The notes: a model not told the origin generated them from the letters alone. DNA of 64,000 nt from an uncultured archaeon (GCA_964486045.1 CAZALK010000011.1:64001-128000); one strand, 5' to 3'; counted from the stretch's first letter, positions 1 to 11,082 are shown. Numbers and translations are program-made.

Positions 1-215
1 ATAGTTATTGATTTGACTTTAAATTAAAAAGGTAGAGAGATTACAGCAAGTATTATACCTATTATAATACTTAAAATAAATAAAACTATAAGGATGAGTC
101 CAAGACCTGCTCTTCTTTTTTGTTTTTTACTGATTTTTGATCGGGATTTCTGAGATGATCTATATCTTACTCGACTCATTATTCCTCATTTATAAAAGAA
201 TATAATTATTTCAAT

Positions 216-899
216 CTAATTGTTTTGATCTTCTTTCTTTTGTAAAAGTTCAGTTAATACAACATTATTATAAGAGAAAAGCATTCTAGGGATATAATCT
301 TCAGCTAAATATGGCCCATCCTCAACTTCTTCCCTTAATGGGAACAATTGTTTTTCTTTAATAACAGAATCCAAATAGACTCTGTCATATTCTTTATAAC
401 CATATATTTTATTCTTTACAATTACCATTTTCCTCTCAAAACCTTCAGGAATTCCAGCCTTCTCTAAAAGTAAGAGAATTTTTTCTCTAGACAAAGATTC
501 AATTAATTCTAAATCTTCCTTTGTTCCCTCGTAAGCAGGACCTGTTTGTGTTTCAGTGTAGTCTACCTCTTTTTCCAGGCCAATCATCGCTTTAAACACA
601 GTAGTTTCACTCCCATCATCAATGGATGTTATTTTAAACGCAATTCCATATCGGTCCCTTATACTGGGAGCTATTCTGGCGGAAATAAATTTCATTCGAG
701 TAGTAGTATTAATTCCCTGCCAGATCCAAACCCTATATCGTATTGGGTCAACGAAAAGAAGTATGAAATCTGAATCTAATAACTCATTCAATGGAATATC
801 TCCTTCTAATTCTAATTCTTGATATTCGCTTAATTCATCACTAAATTGAAAAACTAGGATTTTTTCCTTATCTTCTTGGGGTGGGGTTCCATCTGACAT
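216..899 (-). CDS. Gelsolin-domain protein (single gelsolin repeat plus C-terminal extension)
   Basis: LLDSDFILLFVD...RVWIWQG..TT.RMKF.SAR.A..I.......I..IDDGSET..F matches the gelsolin-repeat pattern. Confidence 0.8.
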   Translation of the reverse strand: MSDGTPPQEDKEKILVFQFSDELSEYQELELEGDIPLNELLDSDFILLFVDPIRYRVWIWQGINTTTRMKFISARIAPSIRDRYGIAFKITSIDDGSETTVFKAMIGLEKEVDYTETQTGPAYEGTKEDLELIESLSREKILLLLEKAGIPEGFERKMVIVKNKIYGYKEYDRVYLDSVIKEKQLFPLREEVEDGPYLAEDYIPRMLFSYNNVVLTELLQKKEDQNN

Positions 900-980
900 A
901 ATACGGGTTTTTTAGTTTTCTTTTATAATACTATATAATTTTTATCTTATATTATTATATTTGTTTTATTAGTAGACTAA

Positions 981-1065
981 TGCGGGAAGGGAGATTTGAA
1001 CTCCCGAACTCCTTCGAGAATGGATTCTGAGTCCACCGCCTTAGACCAGACTTGGCAATTCCCGC
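981..1065 (-). tRNA. tRNA-Leu(CAG), no intron, no encoded CCA
   Basis: Reverse complement GCGGGAA...GTGGA-CTCAGAA-TCCAT, long variable arm, GTTCAAATC T-loop, TTCCCGC-A acceptor end; 85 nt. Confidence 0.95.
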
Positions 1066-1483
1066 AATTTTGAATTTTCTATAATTAAATTAAATTGAAT
1101 AATTATTTAATTTTACCCAATCTTGAATTTATCTATAAAATCTATTGTATTTGAATGTAAAACACCTTCATAAGGATTTTATCCTATTATTTAAAACTTC
1201 AACGGACTAGTCAATTCATCTAATATTATATTTATTAGTTATAATTATATAAAAAATAAATGTTTTATCTCGTTTGGGAGTATTTTATCGTGAAAAATTG
1301 ACGTTCTAATCTTAAAATTGGCAGAGAATAAAGAGAAATAAATTAAAAAAGGAAAATTTTAAAAAATAGGTTTTAATTTTTGGAAAACTTAAGTTTAAAA
1401 CAATAAATTTTTTTATTAAAAACAGTACGGTAAATAAAAAATAATATTCTCACTTTATTCCAAATTCACATGTTATTTTTCAT

Positions 1484-4400
1484 GTGAACACGATTATAAT
1501 AACTAAAATTTATGATTTAGGAATGAAAATTATGGTAGTAAAAAAACTAAAGCAAGATCTTTTAAGCCGAATTGGTTTATCAGAATTAGAAGGTCAAATA
1601 TATTCTACTCTTACTGGTGTGGGAGCAAGGACATTAGAAGAAATATCTGTTTATGTGGGTTCAGATTTAAGCAAAACTGAAGAGGCTCTCAATAATTTAG
1701 GCAAGAAAGATTACATAAATATTATTGAAGGAAAGATACCCCTTTATTTTCCCATAAATCCTCAGATATTATTAACCGCGGAAGCGAAGAATAAATTGGA
1801 AACGGATTTACATGCTATTAATAACAAGGTAAATGTCATTTTAAAGTCTTTAACTTCCATGGTTGAAGATGTTTCTTCTGATTTTGATAACTCAATTAAT
1901 AACATCTCAGAAAATTCCATAAACTCGATTGAAACCACTATATCAACTATTGTAGAAAAGTTAGGTTCTGTTTTTAGTACTTTTCAGGAAGAGATTTCTA
2001 CGCGCTCTAGTGATTCTGGAAAATCAATTGGTACTGAAATTGAAGAAAAATTCAAAAAACTTGATTTAGCATTCAATAAATTACGAGATGATTTAGAAAA
2101 TATCATGAATACCCAAGTTGGAGAGTTAGAAAAAGCGAGTGATAAACTTAAAACTGATTTGGGAAATACTTTAGAAGAAACAAAAACAAGCCGTCATAAA
2201 ATAGTTAATGAACATAAAGATAACTTTCTTTCCATTTTAGATGCTTATTCCGTATCAATTGAGGGGATTATTAAGGAGAATTACGATGAACTTGGTAAAA
2301 TTAATTCTCAGTTTAAAGAAAAGAGTGAATCAGATAAAGCAAATCTTGAGAAATTAACTGAAGAAGTTAGTGGTGTTTCCGAAGAAGATATGAAAACAAT
2401 TATTGAAACGATAAAGGAAAGTTACGAAAAAGCGATTTCTCAAAGTATTAAAAATATCGAATCGAATTGGGCAGATATAAATAAAGAAGCCAAGAGCTTT
2501 TCGAATGGAATTCAGAATAATCTCTCAGATTCAAATAAAAATATTTCTAGTATCCTGGAGTCTGCCTCTTCTAAATCTACTGAGGCTTTCACGAGCTCTA
2601 CCGAGGCGCTAATAAAAAGTTTAGAAAGTTTCAAATCTTTAAGAGCTAAATTAGGAGAAATCTTAAAAAGTAGTACTGAATCTGTCGTATTAACGGGGCA
2701 AAATATCTATTCACCTATTGAAACCTTAATAAACTCAATATTAACAGAGATTTCAGAGTTCATGGAAAAATTTAGATCAAAGGCTCAATCTTTATTGGAG
2801 AATATATCCATTTCAGTCAAGGGAGAAAATAAAAAAGTTTTAATATCTATTGTTGAGGATTACGAGCAAGAAATGGATCAATTTAAAGAATCTACGGAAT
2901 CAAGCTTTTCAGAAGGAAAAGAAAATTTGTTCAACCAATTTTCAGATTTTCAAGCCAATATCACTAATCAATTAGATTCTGGAAATAATAATTTAATTAA
3001 ATCAATTAATTCATTTTCCTCCTCTGTTGAAAAATCCTTAAGTCGAATGAAGGGGGATATCTCAAGTCCTTTAGAAATATTAATGACAGATTATAAGGAT
3101 TCAATTAGAAATTTTGAATTAGGATTTACAGAAGGGATTAACAAATTCTCTGAACTTGTTTCCAACTTCCAAAGTGGCGCTGTGAGTGATAAAAACATAA
3201 ATAAGTGGATTTCGAAGAATCCCGAATTTCAAAAAACTATAGATGATACTGAAGCCGCTTTAATGTCTCGCAAAAATGATTTAAGGAATTTGGTTACAAC
3301 TCATACTGAAAAATATGAGATGGATATCTCAGGTTTTCTTGATATTCTTAATCGTACCTTAACTGGGCATGTAAAGGCAGGACAAAAATCAAAAGCAACA
3401 CAAAATGATCAAGTAAAATTAATTATTAAGGGAGTTAATAAAGAAATAGACACTCTGGGGGATACCTTTAAAATTGCATTCGCAAATCAAGTTGAATCTC
3501 TCTCTCAAGCTAGTAAAACCATATCTGAGACAAGCAAAAATAAAGTGAAATCCAATCTTGGGTTTGCTGAAGATAATTCTCAAGATGATGTGTATTCTAA
3601 ATTGATAAACAATATGATGATTATCTTTAATAACAAAATTGGAGAGATACAAACTGAAACTATCGCAACTTTTAAGGATAAAACTGATGAATTTAATAAT
3701 AGTACTAAGGAAAATATAGAAAAATCCCTAAAAAATTTAAAAACTGAAAGTAGCAAGTTCGAGGAATCAATACCTTCAAACAAAGATTTAGATGACGCGG
3801 TGAATCCTCACATTAAAAACACGGAAGAGGCTTCAAAGACGGTTTCTGATGGATTAGAGCATGTTATTGGTGACCTAGTCAAAGACATTGAAAAGATTCA
3901 AACTACTTTATCTTCTACACTTAGCGAGATTCAAAATATCGAAGGTTCAAGTGTGGCAGATTTGAATGAGTCAAATCTTAAAATTGCAAATCAAATTGAT
4001 TCAGAGGGAGGGGCATTAATTAAGAATTCAACCCAAATAATTGTCGATTTTCGTTCCAAGGTTCTAAGCCTATTGAACCAAGATTCTGAACAAAAAAACT
4101 TAACTATGGATAAATTGCAGAATTCCTTTAAAGAACAAGTTGAAAAATTATTTTCAAAATACAAGGATGAAACAATTGGAAATAAAGAACGCATAGTGAA
4201 GGTCAGTAACGATCATTTAGAATCTGTGGATAGAAATTACAATATTGTAAGTAATACGATTTTAGGAATGGGTGCTGAACCCATCCGCTTAATTAAAAAT
4301 GTGGCCATTGATGCTATGCAAGATTTAACTAATTTAATTAGCCAAAACATCCTCTCAATAAAAGAATTGCTATTTGGCAGCTCAGATGAAATTAAGCGGA

Positions 4401-5098
4401 TTTTAGATGACTTTTCTAAGAATTCTGTAGAAATTCTCTCTACTACCAAGGAGAACAGTGAGCAAAATCTTTTAAATCAAGCAAGTTCTAGTAAAGATCA
4501 ATTACTCGATTTCCGAAAGAAAATAGGTAATGATTTAATGGAAATGAAGGGGGAAGTATCAAATTCACTTAAAAATGCTCTTTCTGATATCCCCCGAACT
4601 ATTGATGAAGCATTAAGCGCGACATCAGAAACCATGAATTTCCTTAATCAGGTGAAACAGATCGCTTTGGATATACAACCACCTGCGATAGAAAATACTT
4701 GGAGAGTAGTTGGATTAGAAGCAGTATATAAAGCAATTTCTTCCATTATTAAAAGAACAGAAAGAAATACAACATTACTAGTTCCAAAAATTGATGCAAT
4801 TCCTGTCGCTCTTTTAAAAGATTTCAACCCGAGAGCACGAATTGAAATCATCAGTGATGTTAAAGAGAATGATCCGCACCTGAAAAAATTAATTGAAACC
4901 TTTTCGGGAAATTTGAAAGTTCGAACTTATAAAAATTTAAATGTAATTGCAGCAGATCGGGATAATGATGAAATATTAATTGGACCATTTGGAAAGGATA
5001 TTGAATCTGAAGCCATTCAAACCACTCACGATAATCTCAGAAAGGTTTTATTTGAGTTAATTCCAACGATAAGAAATAAAGCTCAACCCCTAATTTAA
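1484..5098 (+). CDS. TrmB-type HTH + ~950-aa coiled-coil/amphipathic helical region + C-terminal TrmB sugar-binding/PLD-like domain; real start probably ATG 1523 or 1532
   Basis: N-term IGLSELEGQIYSTL...G.RT.EEI...L..L.KK.YI....GK..LY.PINP is TrmB-like; C-term WRVVGLEAVYKAI..II.R.....L.VP...ADRD..EILIG resembles the TrmB second domain; middle is E/K/S/L-rich and almost proline-free. Confidence 0.75.
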   Translation: MNTIIITKIYDLGMKIMVVKKLKQDLLSRIGLSELEGQIYSTLTGVGARTLEEISVYVGSDLSKTEEALNNLGKKDYINIIEGKIPLYFPINPQILLTAEAKNKLETDLHAINNKVNVILKSLTSMVEDVSSDFDNSINNISENSINSIETTISTIVEKLGSVFSTFQEEISTRSSDSGKSIGTEIEEKFKKLDLAFNKLRDDLENIMNTQVGELEKASDKLKTDLGNTLEETKTSRHKIVNEHKDNFLSILDAYSVSIEGIIKENYDELGKINSQFKEKSESDKANLEKLTEEVSGVSEEDMKTIIETIKESYEKAISQSIKNIESNWADINKEAKSFSNGIQNNLSDSNKNISSILESASSKSTEAFTSSTEALIKSLESFKSLRAKLGEILKSSTESVVLTGQNIYSPIETLINSILTEISEFMEKFRSKAQSLLENISISVKGENKKVLISIVEDYEQEMDQFKESTESSFSEGKENLFNQFSDFQANITNQLDSGNNNLIKSINSFSSSVEKSLSRMKGDISSPLEILMTDYKDSIRNFELGFTEGINKFSELVSNFQSGAVSDKNINKWISKNPEFQKTIDDTEAALMSRKNDLRNLVTTHTEKYEMDISGFLDILNRTLTGHVKAGQKSKATQNDQVKLIIKGVNKEIDTLGDTFKIAFANQVESLSQASKTISETSKNKVKSNLGFAEDNSQDDVYSKLINNMMIIFNNKIGEIQTETIATFKDKTDEFNNSTKENIEKSLKNLKTESSKFEESIPSNKDLDDAVNPHIKNTEEASKTVSDGLEHVIGDLVKDIEKIQTTLSSTLSEIQNIEGSSVADLNESNLKIANQIDSEGGALIKNSTQIIVDFRSKVLSLLNQDSEQKNLTMDKLQNSFKEQVEKLFSKYKDETIGNKERIVKVSNDHLESVDRNYNIVSNTILGMGAEPIRLIKNVAIDAMQDLTNLISQNILSIKELLFGSSDEIKRILDDFSKNSVEILSTTKENSEQNLLNQASSSKDQLLDFRKKIGNDLMEMKGEVSNSLKNALSDIPRTIDEALSATSETMNFLNQVKQIALDIQPPAIENTWRVVGLEAVYKAISSIIKRTERNTTLLVPKIDAIPVALLKDFNPRARIEIISDVKENDPHLKKLIETFSGNLKVRTYKNLNVIAADRDNDEILIGPFGKDIESEAIQTTHDNLRKVLFELIPTIRNKAQPLI

Positions 5099-5244
5099 CC
5101 CAAAATAACTATTATTATTTTTAAAAAATAATTAAAATCTCATTTTTCAAATTTATATTGTTTTAGTTTTACAAATTCTTTTTTAATATCAGTTTTATTA
5201 TTTTTTAAATAATTTTAAAAAAAAACCAAGAAAGAAGAAATTAA

Positions 5245-7035
5245 ATGATTTTGGAAAATCGAGATGTTTTTGTTGGTCGAACAGCTATTTTAAATGAGTT
5301 TCGAGGATCATTTATCGTAAAGCAGCAGAAGGATGTCCCTAGGGTTTATATCATAAAAAGTCAACCCGGAACTGGAAAATCTAAATTGCTTGAGATATTT
5401 GACAAGACCGCTCAATCGGAACGTTTAAAAGTCTTTTCATTTAAGATTCCTATTAGTACAGAAAAACTTAAGTATTTTCCTAAAGTAATCCTGGAAAAAA
5501 TACAGAATATTCTTCCCACTCAACTCAGTAAACAGAAAAAAAAGGAAAGAGATAAAAAATGGAAAGGTAAAAAGCCTCTTACAGAATGGACATTCACTGA
5601 TTTATCCGATAATTTTTTTACTAAACTAGAAGAACAAGATGAAGACCTTAAAATAGCACGGGATGCTGTCGTCCTGTTACTTGATAATGTTGAAAATCTT
5701 GTGTTAAAGCAAGATTTTGTTGAGGAAACGGTTACCTTGATCTTTAAAATGGCGGACTGGATAATGGAGAATAAGGCAAATATAATCATGGTGTTTTCCA
5801 TTGATTCCAACTATTTAGAATCTTTGAAACATGATATCAGTGGATATAAAGTGCATGAACTTCTTGCATTAGATATGAGAGAATCTGAAGTATTAATCCG
5901 AAGATTAGAAAAAGAGATCACAGGAGATGTGATTAATAGAGATATTCATCAGGAAATCATTAAGGTGACTGACCGAACACCATTCTCTCTTATTTCTGTT
6001 TTATCATATATCTCATCTAAGGATAAATCTGAAATCAGTAGCATCTTTGAATTTATAGAATCAACGGAAACAAATGATGATGAGAATTCATCGATGGAAG
6101 AGAATGAAGTAGATGTTGTTGATAGCCTCGCATGGAAATCTTTAAAGGAGGAATTAGCAGGCAATTATATAGAAGACCTTTTAAATCTAAAGAGAACGGA
6201 ATCTAAATTAATTCATTTTTTACTACCCAAATCTCAAGATAATCTCTTTTCTATCTCAGACATGAATATTCCAAAAGAATTAATTCTTGTTATTGATTCT
6301 TTAGTTGAAAAAAAAATTATGTTCAAAGAAGATGATTTTTTTCAATTTGAATCCTCAGCATTATATCACTTTTTAAAGCAAAGATCCTTTAAACCCAATA
6401 TTTTAGCGGAACTTAAAATTTATCTGGACTTAATAAAAACTTATATTTTACAAAAATTGAAAACACCATCTTATTTAATTGCCAGATTAGAAAAAAATAT
6501 TGATTTAATTAACCAACAAGATTCTGCCGATGTTGATAAATCCCTCGCTTACGATATTGCCGTGAAAACGGAGATATATGGTCAAAACCTATTTGAGTTG
6601 AATTATTTTCATGATGCATTCATTTTATTTATTAGCACAGGAAATTTATTTAATTTGGCAGGGGATATAGAAAGAGCGGCTTCGACATTTGAAAATAGTT
6701 CAAAATTATTTATTGAAAATAGTCTTCCAGTATATGGAAAAAAGCTTCTGATTGAAGCATCAGAATTATTCTCTAGCACGGGATTAGATTATAAAGCAAA
6801 AAGTATGGCAAGAGAAGCTTTATGGCTGATTGAAGAAATTGCTGATGACTATTCAAGTAAAGATCTTCATAATCTCGCTAGAGTGTATTATTATCATGCA
6901 CAAAAATTATGCGATATCGCTGATGAGAGCGATAAAAAAATTGAATTAATTGAAAAAGCCATTATTTCTTCCGGAAATTCTAAAATAAGAAAGTCTTATT
7001 TTGAAAAGCTCTTATCAGAAGGTAACAATGATTGA
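5245..7035 (+). CDS. P-loop ATPase (STAND/AAA_16-like) with winged helix and C-terminal TPR/alpha-SNAP-like repeats
   Basis: FVGR..L motif, Walker A SQPGTGKS, Walker B VVLLLDNVE, TDRTP (GxP-like), helical repeats AASTFENSSKLF / LIEASELF. Confidence 0.7.
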   Translation: MILENRDVFVGRTAILNEFRGSFIVKQQKDVPRVYIIKSQPGTGKSKLLEIFDKTAQSERLKVFSFKIPISTEKLKYFPKVILEKIQNILPTQLSKQKKKERDKKWKGKKPLTEWTFTDLSDNFFTKLEEQDEDLKIARDAVVLLLDNVENLVLKQDFVEETVTLIFKMADWIMENKANIIMVFSIDSNYLESLKHDISGYKVHELLALDMRESEVLIRRLEKEITGDVINRDIHQEIIKVTDRTPFSLISVLSYISSKDKSEISSIFEFIESTETNDDENSSMEENEVDVVDSLAWKSLKEELAGNYIEDLLNLKRTESKLIHFLLPKSQDNLFSISDMNIPKELILVIDSLVEKKIMFKEDDFFQFESSALYHFLKQRSFKPNILAELKIYLDLIKTYILQKLKTPSYLIARLEKNIDLINQQDSADVDKSLAYDIAVKTEIYGQNLFELNYFHDAFILFISTGNLFNLAGDIERAASTFENSSKLFIENSLPVYGKKLLIEASELFSSTGLDYKAKSMAREALWLIEEIADDYSSKDLHNLARVYYYHAQKLCDIADESDKKIELIEKAIISSGNSKIRKSYFEKLLSEGNND

Positions 7036-7070
7036 TTTCTATAAAATAAAAAGAAAGAGGTTGAAAAAAA

Positions 7071-8660
7071 ATGAGTGAAAAAATATCTAAAATTATTATA
7101 AAACTAGACGAAGATATTAAAGAAATTACAGCTGTAGAACAAAAAATTGAGACTTCAAGAAAAGACTTCAGTATAGAAGTACAAAATTTAAAAACAAATG
7201 TAATGTCAATCATAGATGGAATAAAAAAAGAGAATGTAACAATCACAGATAATATAATTTCTTCTTCGAATAAATTCATTGATGAATTAAGTCAAGAGGA
7301 ATTAAAGTTAATTAATGATCTTGAAACTGAATCAAAAAATCAAGATTACTGGAATAAATATATTGAGTCTTTGGATGAAAAAAACCAATCTTTAATTTCA
7401 ATGCTTGAAGAAACTAAAGGAACATTACAAGATGTTTCTTCAAATTATGAAAAACAATTGAAAGATCTTTTAATGGGGCTAAACAATACTCAAGAAAATA
7501 ATTCTTTAAACCTAAGTGAAAAATTGTTAAATCATATAAGGAGTGTAATTGAATCAATTAAAAATGCATCAAATGATTTTGAAACAAAGGCTAAAGATTC
7601 TCATCACAATTTAAATGAATCAGTAAGCGCTTTCCTGAAAGAATATTCGTTAAAAATGAATGAAACCTTAGATAATACTACTCAAAACATTGGAGATTCA
7701 TTAAATATGGATGAAATCGATTTAAAAACAATACTTTCTACAAAAATTGAGGATGTTCATGAAAAATTTCAAGAGGGATTATACGGTTCATTAGAAGGTG
7801 TTATAGATTCGTTTACAATGTTTAAAACCATTTTTGAGCAAAATATCGATGATGCAATATCCCGACTCACTGAAGTTGCAAAACAATTAAAAAGTCAAAT
7901 TGATGAGATTTTGTTAAATAAATTAAAGGAATTAGAAAATTTTTCATCAAATTATGAAGAAAAATTTATTACATTCATGAATGAGTCTATTAGTCAAATC
8001 GCCGAGGATGTTACTTCAAAAATGAACCAAACCAATGAAAATTTAACTAATAATGCGAAAAAAATTCAAGAAACATTCAATACAAAAAACTCAGAGCAGA
8101 TGGAAGTGATTCAATCGAATTTTGCATCAACAGATAAGAATATAACGAGTTTAATGAAAGATTTTAGTGAAAAGTTAACTCAAGCAGAGGCGGATGTAAA
8201 AGTTATGATTGACTCAAGTTTGAACGAATCTGAATTAGCAATACATAAATCTGTTGAAGAAACAGAACAGGTTATTGTCAATGAAACTAATGATAAATTG
8301 AAAGAATTAATTGTTTTAATTAGTGAAACAAGAGAAAAAACAGAAAAAATATTTAATATAGTTAAAACTGAATCTGATACAATTCAATCGACATTACAAG
8401 AGGATGTTTCTGCTAGAAAAACTTCAATGTCAAGTCAGTTGGACTCTATTAAAAATTCTACCAATAGCACTTTAAACGGTTTAAAAGAAACAATAATATC
8501 ACATGTAATTAAATTTGACACTATAAGCAAAGAAGGTGAAATTTCAATTCAAGAATTAGATAAAGGCCTTTCAAAAGATATTGATAATATTAAAAAAATC
8601 TTCGGTAGAGCCAAAAAAGCTACAGAAAATATAGCTAAAGAACATAAAAAGACATATTAA
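7071..8660 (+). CDS. Long coiled-coil/amphipathic helical protein, uncharacterised
   Basis: 529 aa, no Pro or Cys, continuous helical periodicity, GAGG RBS upstream, 35 bp after the ATPase gene. Confidence 0.75.
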   Translation: MSEKISKIIIKLDEDIKEITAVEQKIETSRKDFSIEVQNLKTNVMSIIDGIKKENVTITDNIISSSNKFIDELSQEELKLINDLETESKNQDYWNKYIESLDEKNQSLISMLEETKGTLQDVSSNYEKQLKDLLMGLNNTQENNSLNLSEKLLNHIRSVIESIKNASNDFETKAKDSHHNLNESVSAFLKEYSLKMNETLDNTTQNIGDSLNMDEIDLKTILSTKIEDVHEKFQEGLYGSLEGVIDSFTMFKTIFEQNIDDAISRLTEVAKQLKSQIDEILLNKLKELENFSSNYEEKFITFMNESISQIAEDVTSKMNQTNENLTNNAKKIQETFNTKNSEQMEVIQSNFASTDKNITSLMKDFSEKLTQAEADVKVMIDSSLNESELAIHKSVEETEQVIVNETNDKLKELIVLISETREKTEKIFNIVKTESDTIQSTLQEDVSARKTSMSSQLDSIKNSTNSTLNGLKETIISHVIKFDTISKEGEISIQELDKGLSKDIDNIKKIFGRAKKATENIAKEHKKTY

Positions 8661-8702
8661 TGAAAAAATTTGTAAAAAAATAAAGTTAACAAATCAAATC
8701 AA

Positions 8703-10856
8703 TTATCTTAAATCCATTTTATCCTCACAATAAGGGCAGTGAAGTGGAAGCTCTTCGTCACAAGTCTCTAATTCTTCACTACTTAATATACTCTTCCAAC
8801 AAACTAGTTTCTCCCCTTTTTTAACCATATCTCTTCCGTGATGTTGTGGAATAATATCCTTCGTATCACAGTGCTCACAGATGATAAGTTTAGACTCACT
8901 TTCAATTTCTTCGGTTGAGATCTCCTTGTAGAGATATTTATATCTGAAAATTGTCATGCTGTTTATTAAAATTACGAGTGATAGACCCATATCTCCCACA
9001 CCTACTGCAACCCACAGTGTCATAAAGCCAATAACTGTAAGAATTGCAAAGGAGACCTTTATAATTATGGAAGACCAGATGTTTTCTTTAATTTTTTTAT
9101 TTGTTTTTTTAGCTATGTCAATGTAAGTAAGAATTTTCTTTAGATCATCATTAATTATGATTATATCGGCAGTTTCGAGAGTAACATCCGTAGCAGAAGC
9201 ACCTATTGCGATTCCTAAATCTGAAAGAGCTAAAGCGGGAGCGTCATTGATTCCATCGCCAACCATAGCTACCCCCTTATATTGTTTCTTAAGATTTTTG
9301 ACCTCTTCTAGTTTTTGATCCGGTAAATGTTCACCATATGCACGATCTATATCCAAACAAGCACCAATTGAATCGCATACTCTCTGATTATCACCCGATA
9401 TTAAGATAGTTTCATAACCTCTTTTTTTTAATCCTTTTATTAGAATGGGTGCTGATACCCTTAATACATCCCTTATAGAAAGTATTCCTAATAGATTATA
9501 TTTGTTTCCCAGTAGTATTGGAATTGTCCCAGAATTTTCTATTTCTATAATATCCTCAATAGGTAGCTCGTAGTTCAATTCTTCAATGAAGGTTTGACTT
9601 CCCACATAAAAAAATTCCCCATTTATCTTTCCTTTTATACCTTTTCCCTTGATTATTTCAAAATCCTCAACATTCTGAAAAGTTAAATCCATTTTCTTTG
9701 CTTGTTTTACAATAGTTTTGCCAATTGAATGTTCTGAAAGAGCTTCTAAACTTGCCCCTATCCCAATAACATCTGATTTTGATGCTCCATTGTAAGAAAA
9801 AATATTGAATATTTTTAGCTTCCCTTCAGTAAGTGTGCCAGTCTTATCGAATGCGAACACTTCAATATCTTGAATTTTTTCGATAAACTTATTTCCTTTA
9901 ACTAACACCCCCTCTCTTGCAAGTTTTGTCAATGATGCTATATTAGCTAAAGGAGTAGATAATGTTAATGCACAAGGACAAGAAACGACTAGTAGAACTA
10001 ATCCACGATAAAACCACTCATAAAAATTTAAGTTAAACAAAATAGGTAAAATCATAACAAATATAGACGATAGAATGATTAGGGGAGTGTAATACTTTGC
10101 AAATTTTTCAATAAACTTTTCTTGGGTACTTTTATTTTGTTGAGCTACTTTAACACTCTCAGCAATTTGAGCTACTATGGTATTTTTACTCTCACGTATA
10201 ACTTCAATATCCACAAAACTGTCTGAATTTATACTTGCTGCAAAGATTTCTTTACCCTTCTTTTTAAATACGGGAATTGATTCTCCAGTTATCGCGCTTT
10301 CATCAAAATAAGAACCACCTTTAACTATAATACCATCTAGAGGGACTTTCATACCTGGTTTTATCCCAATAATATCTCCAACTTTCACCTCTCTTGAAGG
10401 GGTGTTCTTATACCCATTTTCTATTTTTAGTAAAGACTCATCAGGGGCTAACTCAAGCAATTCTTTAATTGCATTCCTTGACTTATCAGCCGTTAATTCT
10501 TCCAACATTTCTGCTATTGCATATAAAAGTATGGCAGTCGCCCCTTCCTGTCCATGAAAGATAAAAAATGATGCGATACCAGCAATTAACATTAGTATAT
10601 TTGCTGTAATTTTTTTATTTTTAACATCCTCAATAGCTTCCTTCACTACTCCTGAGCTTGAAAGGAGAATTGATATGATAGCTAATAATTGATCGATTAT
10701 TATCAGATCGAGTGTAATTTCCATAAAAATTGAAATTGCTAAAATTATCCCTGCCGGGATAAGGAAATACCAGAAATTTTCTTCAAAAAAAGATTCTTCC
10801 TCTGATTCCTCCTCAATTTCTTCGCAAAAAGATGTTGAACATGCTGTTGTATTTAT
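8703..10856 (-). CDS. Heavy-metal-translocating P1B-type ATPase (Zn/Cd type) with C-terminal Cys/His domain; frame extends 44 codons upstream of the track ORF to ATA 10856
   Basis: TGES, CPC, DKTGT, SEH, GDGIND motifs; extension INTTACSTSFCEE...FWYFLIPAGIILAISIF supplies the first TM helix. Confidence 0.9.
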   Translation of the reverse strand: MNTTACSTSFCEEIEEESEEESFFEENFWYFLIPAGIILAISIFMEITLDLIIIDQLLAIISILLSSSGVVKEAIEDVKNKKITANILMLIAGIASFFIFHGQEGATAILLYAIAEMLEELTADKSRNAIKELLELAPDESLLKIENGYKNTPSREVKVGDIIGIKPGMKVPLDGIIVKGGSYFDESAITGESIPVFKKKGKEIFAASINSDSFVDIEVIRESKNTIVAQIAESVKVAQQNKSTQEKFIEKFAKYYTPLIILSSIFVMILPILFNLNFYEWFYRGLVLLVVSCPCALTLSTPLANIASLTKLAREGVLVKGNKFIEKIQDIEVFAFDKTGTLTEGKLKIFNIFSYNGASKSDVIGIGASLEALSEHSIGKTIVKQAKKMDLTFQNVEDFEIIKGKGIKGKINGEFFYVGSQTFIEELNYELPIEDIIEIENSGTIPILLGNKYNLLGILSIRDVLRVSAPILIKGLKKRGYETILISGDNQRVCDSIGACLDIDRAYGEHLPDQKLEEVKNLKKQYKGVAMVGDGINDAPALALSDLGIAIGASATDVTLETADIIIINDDLKKILTYIDIAKKTNKKIKENIWSSIIIKVSFAILTVIGFMTLWVAVGVGDMGLSLVILINSMTIFRYKYLYKEISTEEIESESKLIICEHCDTKDIIPQHHGRDMVKKGEKLVCWKSILSSEELETCDEELPLHCPYCEDKMDLR

Positions 10857-11082
10857 AACTTCTCACCTATGTAATAATTGTCATTAATTCAATTAGAACT
10901 TAACAATTATTGAGTATAAGAGAATTATCTTATATTTGAAGGCATTTAATTATTCTTCGACATTATTTTTATTTTTAATAAATTTCGGGAAAAAAATCAA
11001 TTCAAATTGTTATTTCAGATTTGAGATATTCTATAATAAAGTCCGGATATATCATTGTTATTTTAAATAATCTTTAAGACGG

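Noticed and set aside
1484-5098. SMC/Rad50 assignment for the long coiled-coil protein
   Set aside because: No Walker A/B, signature motif, hinge or zinc hook
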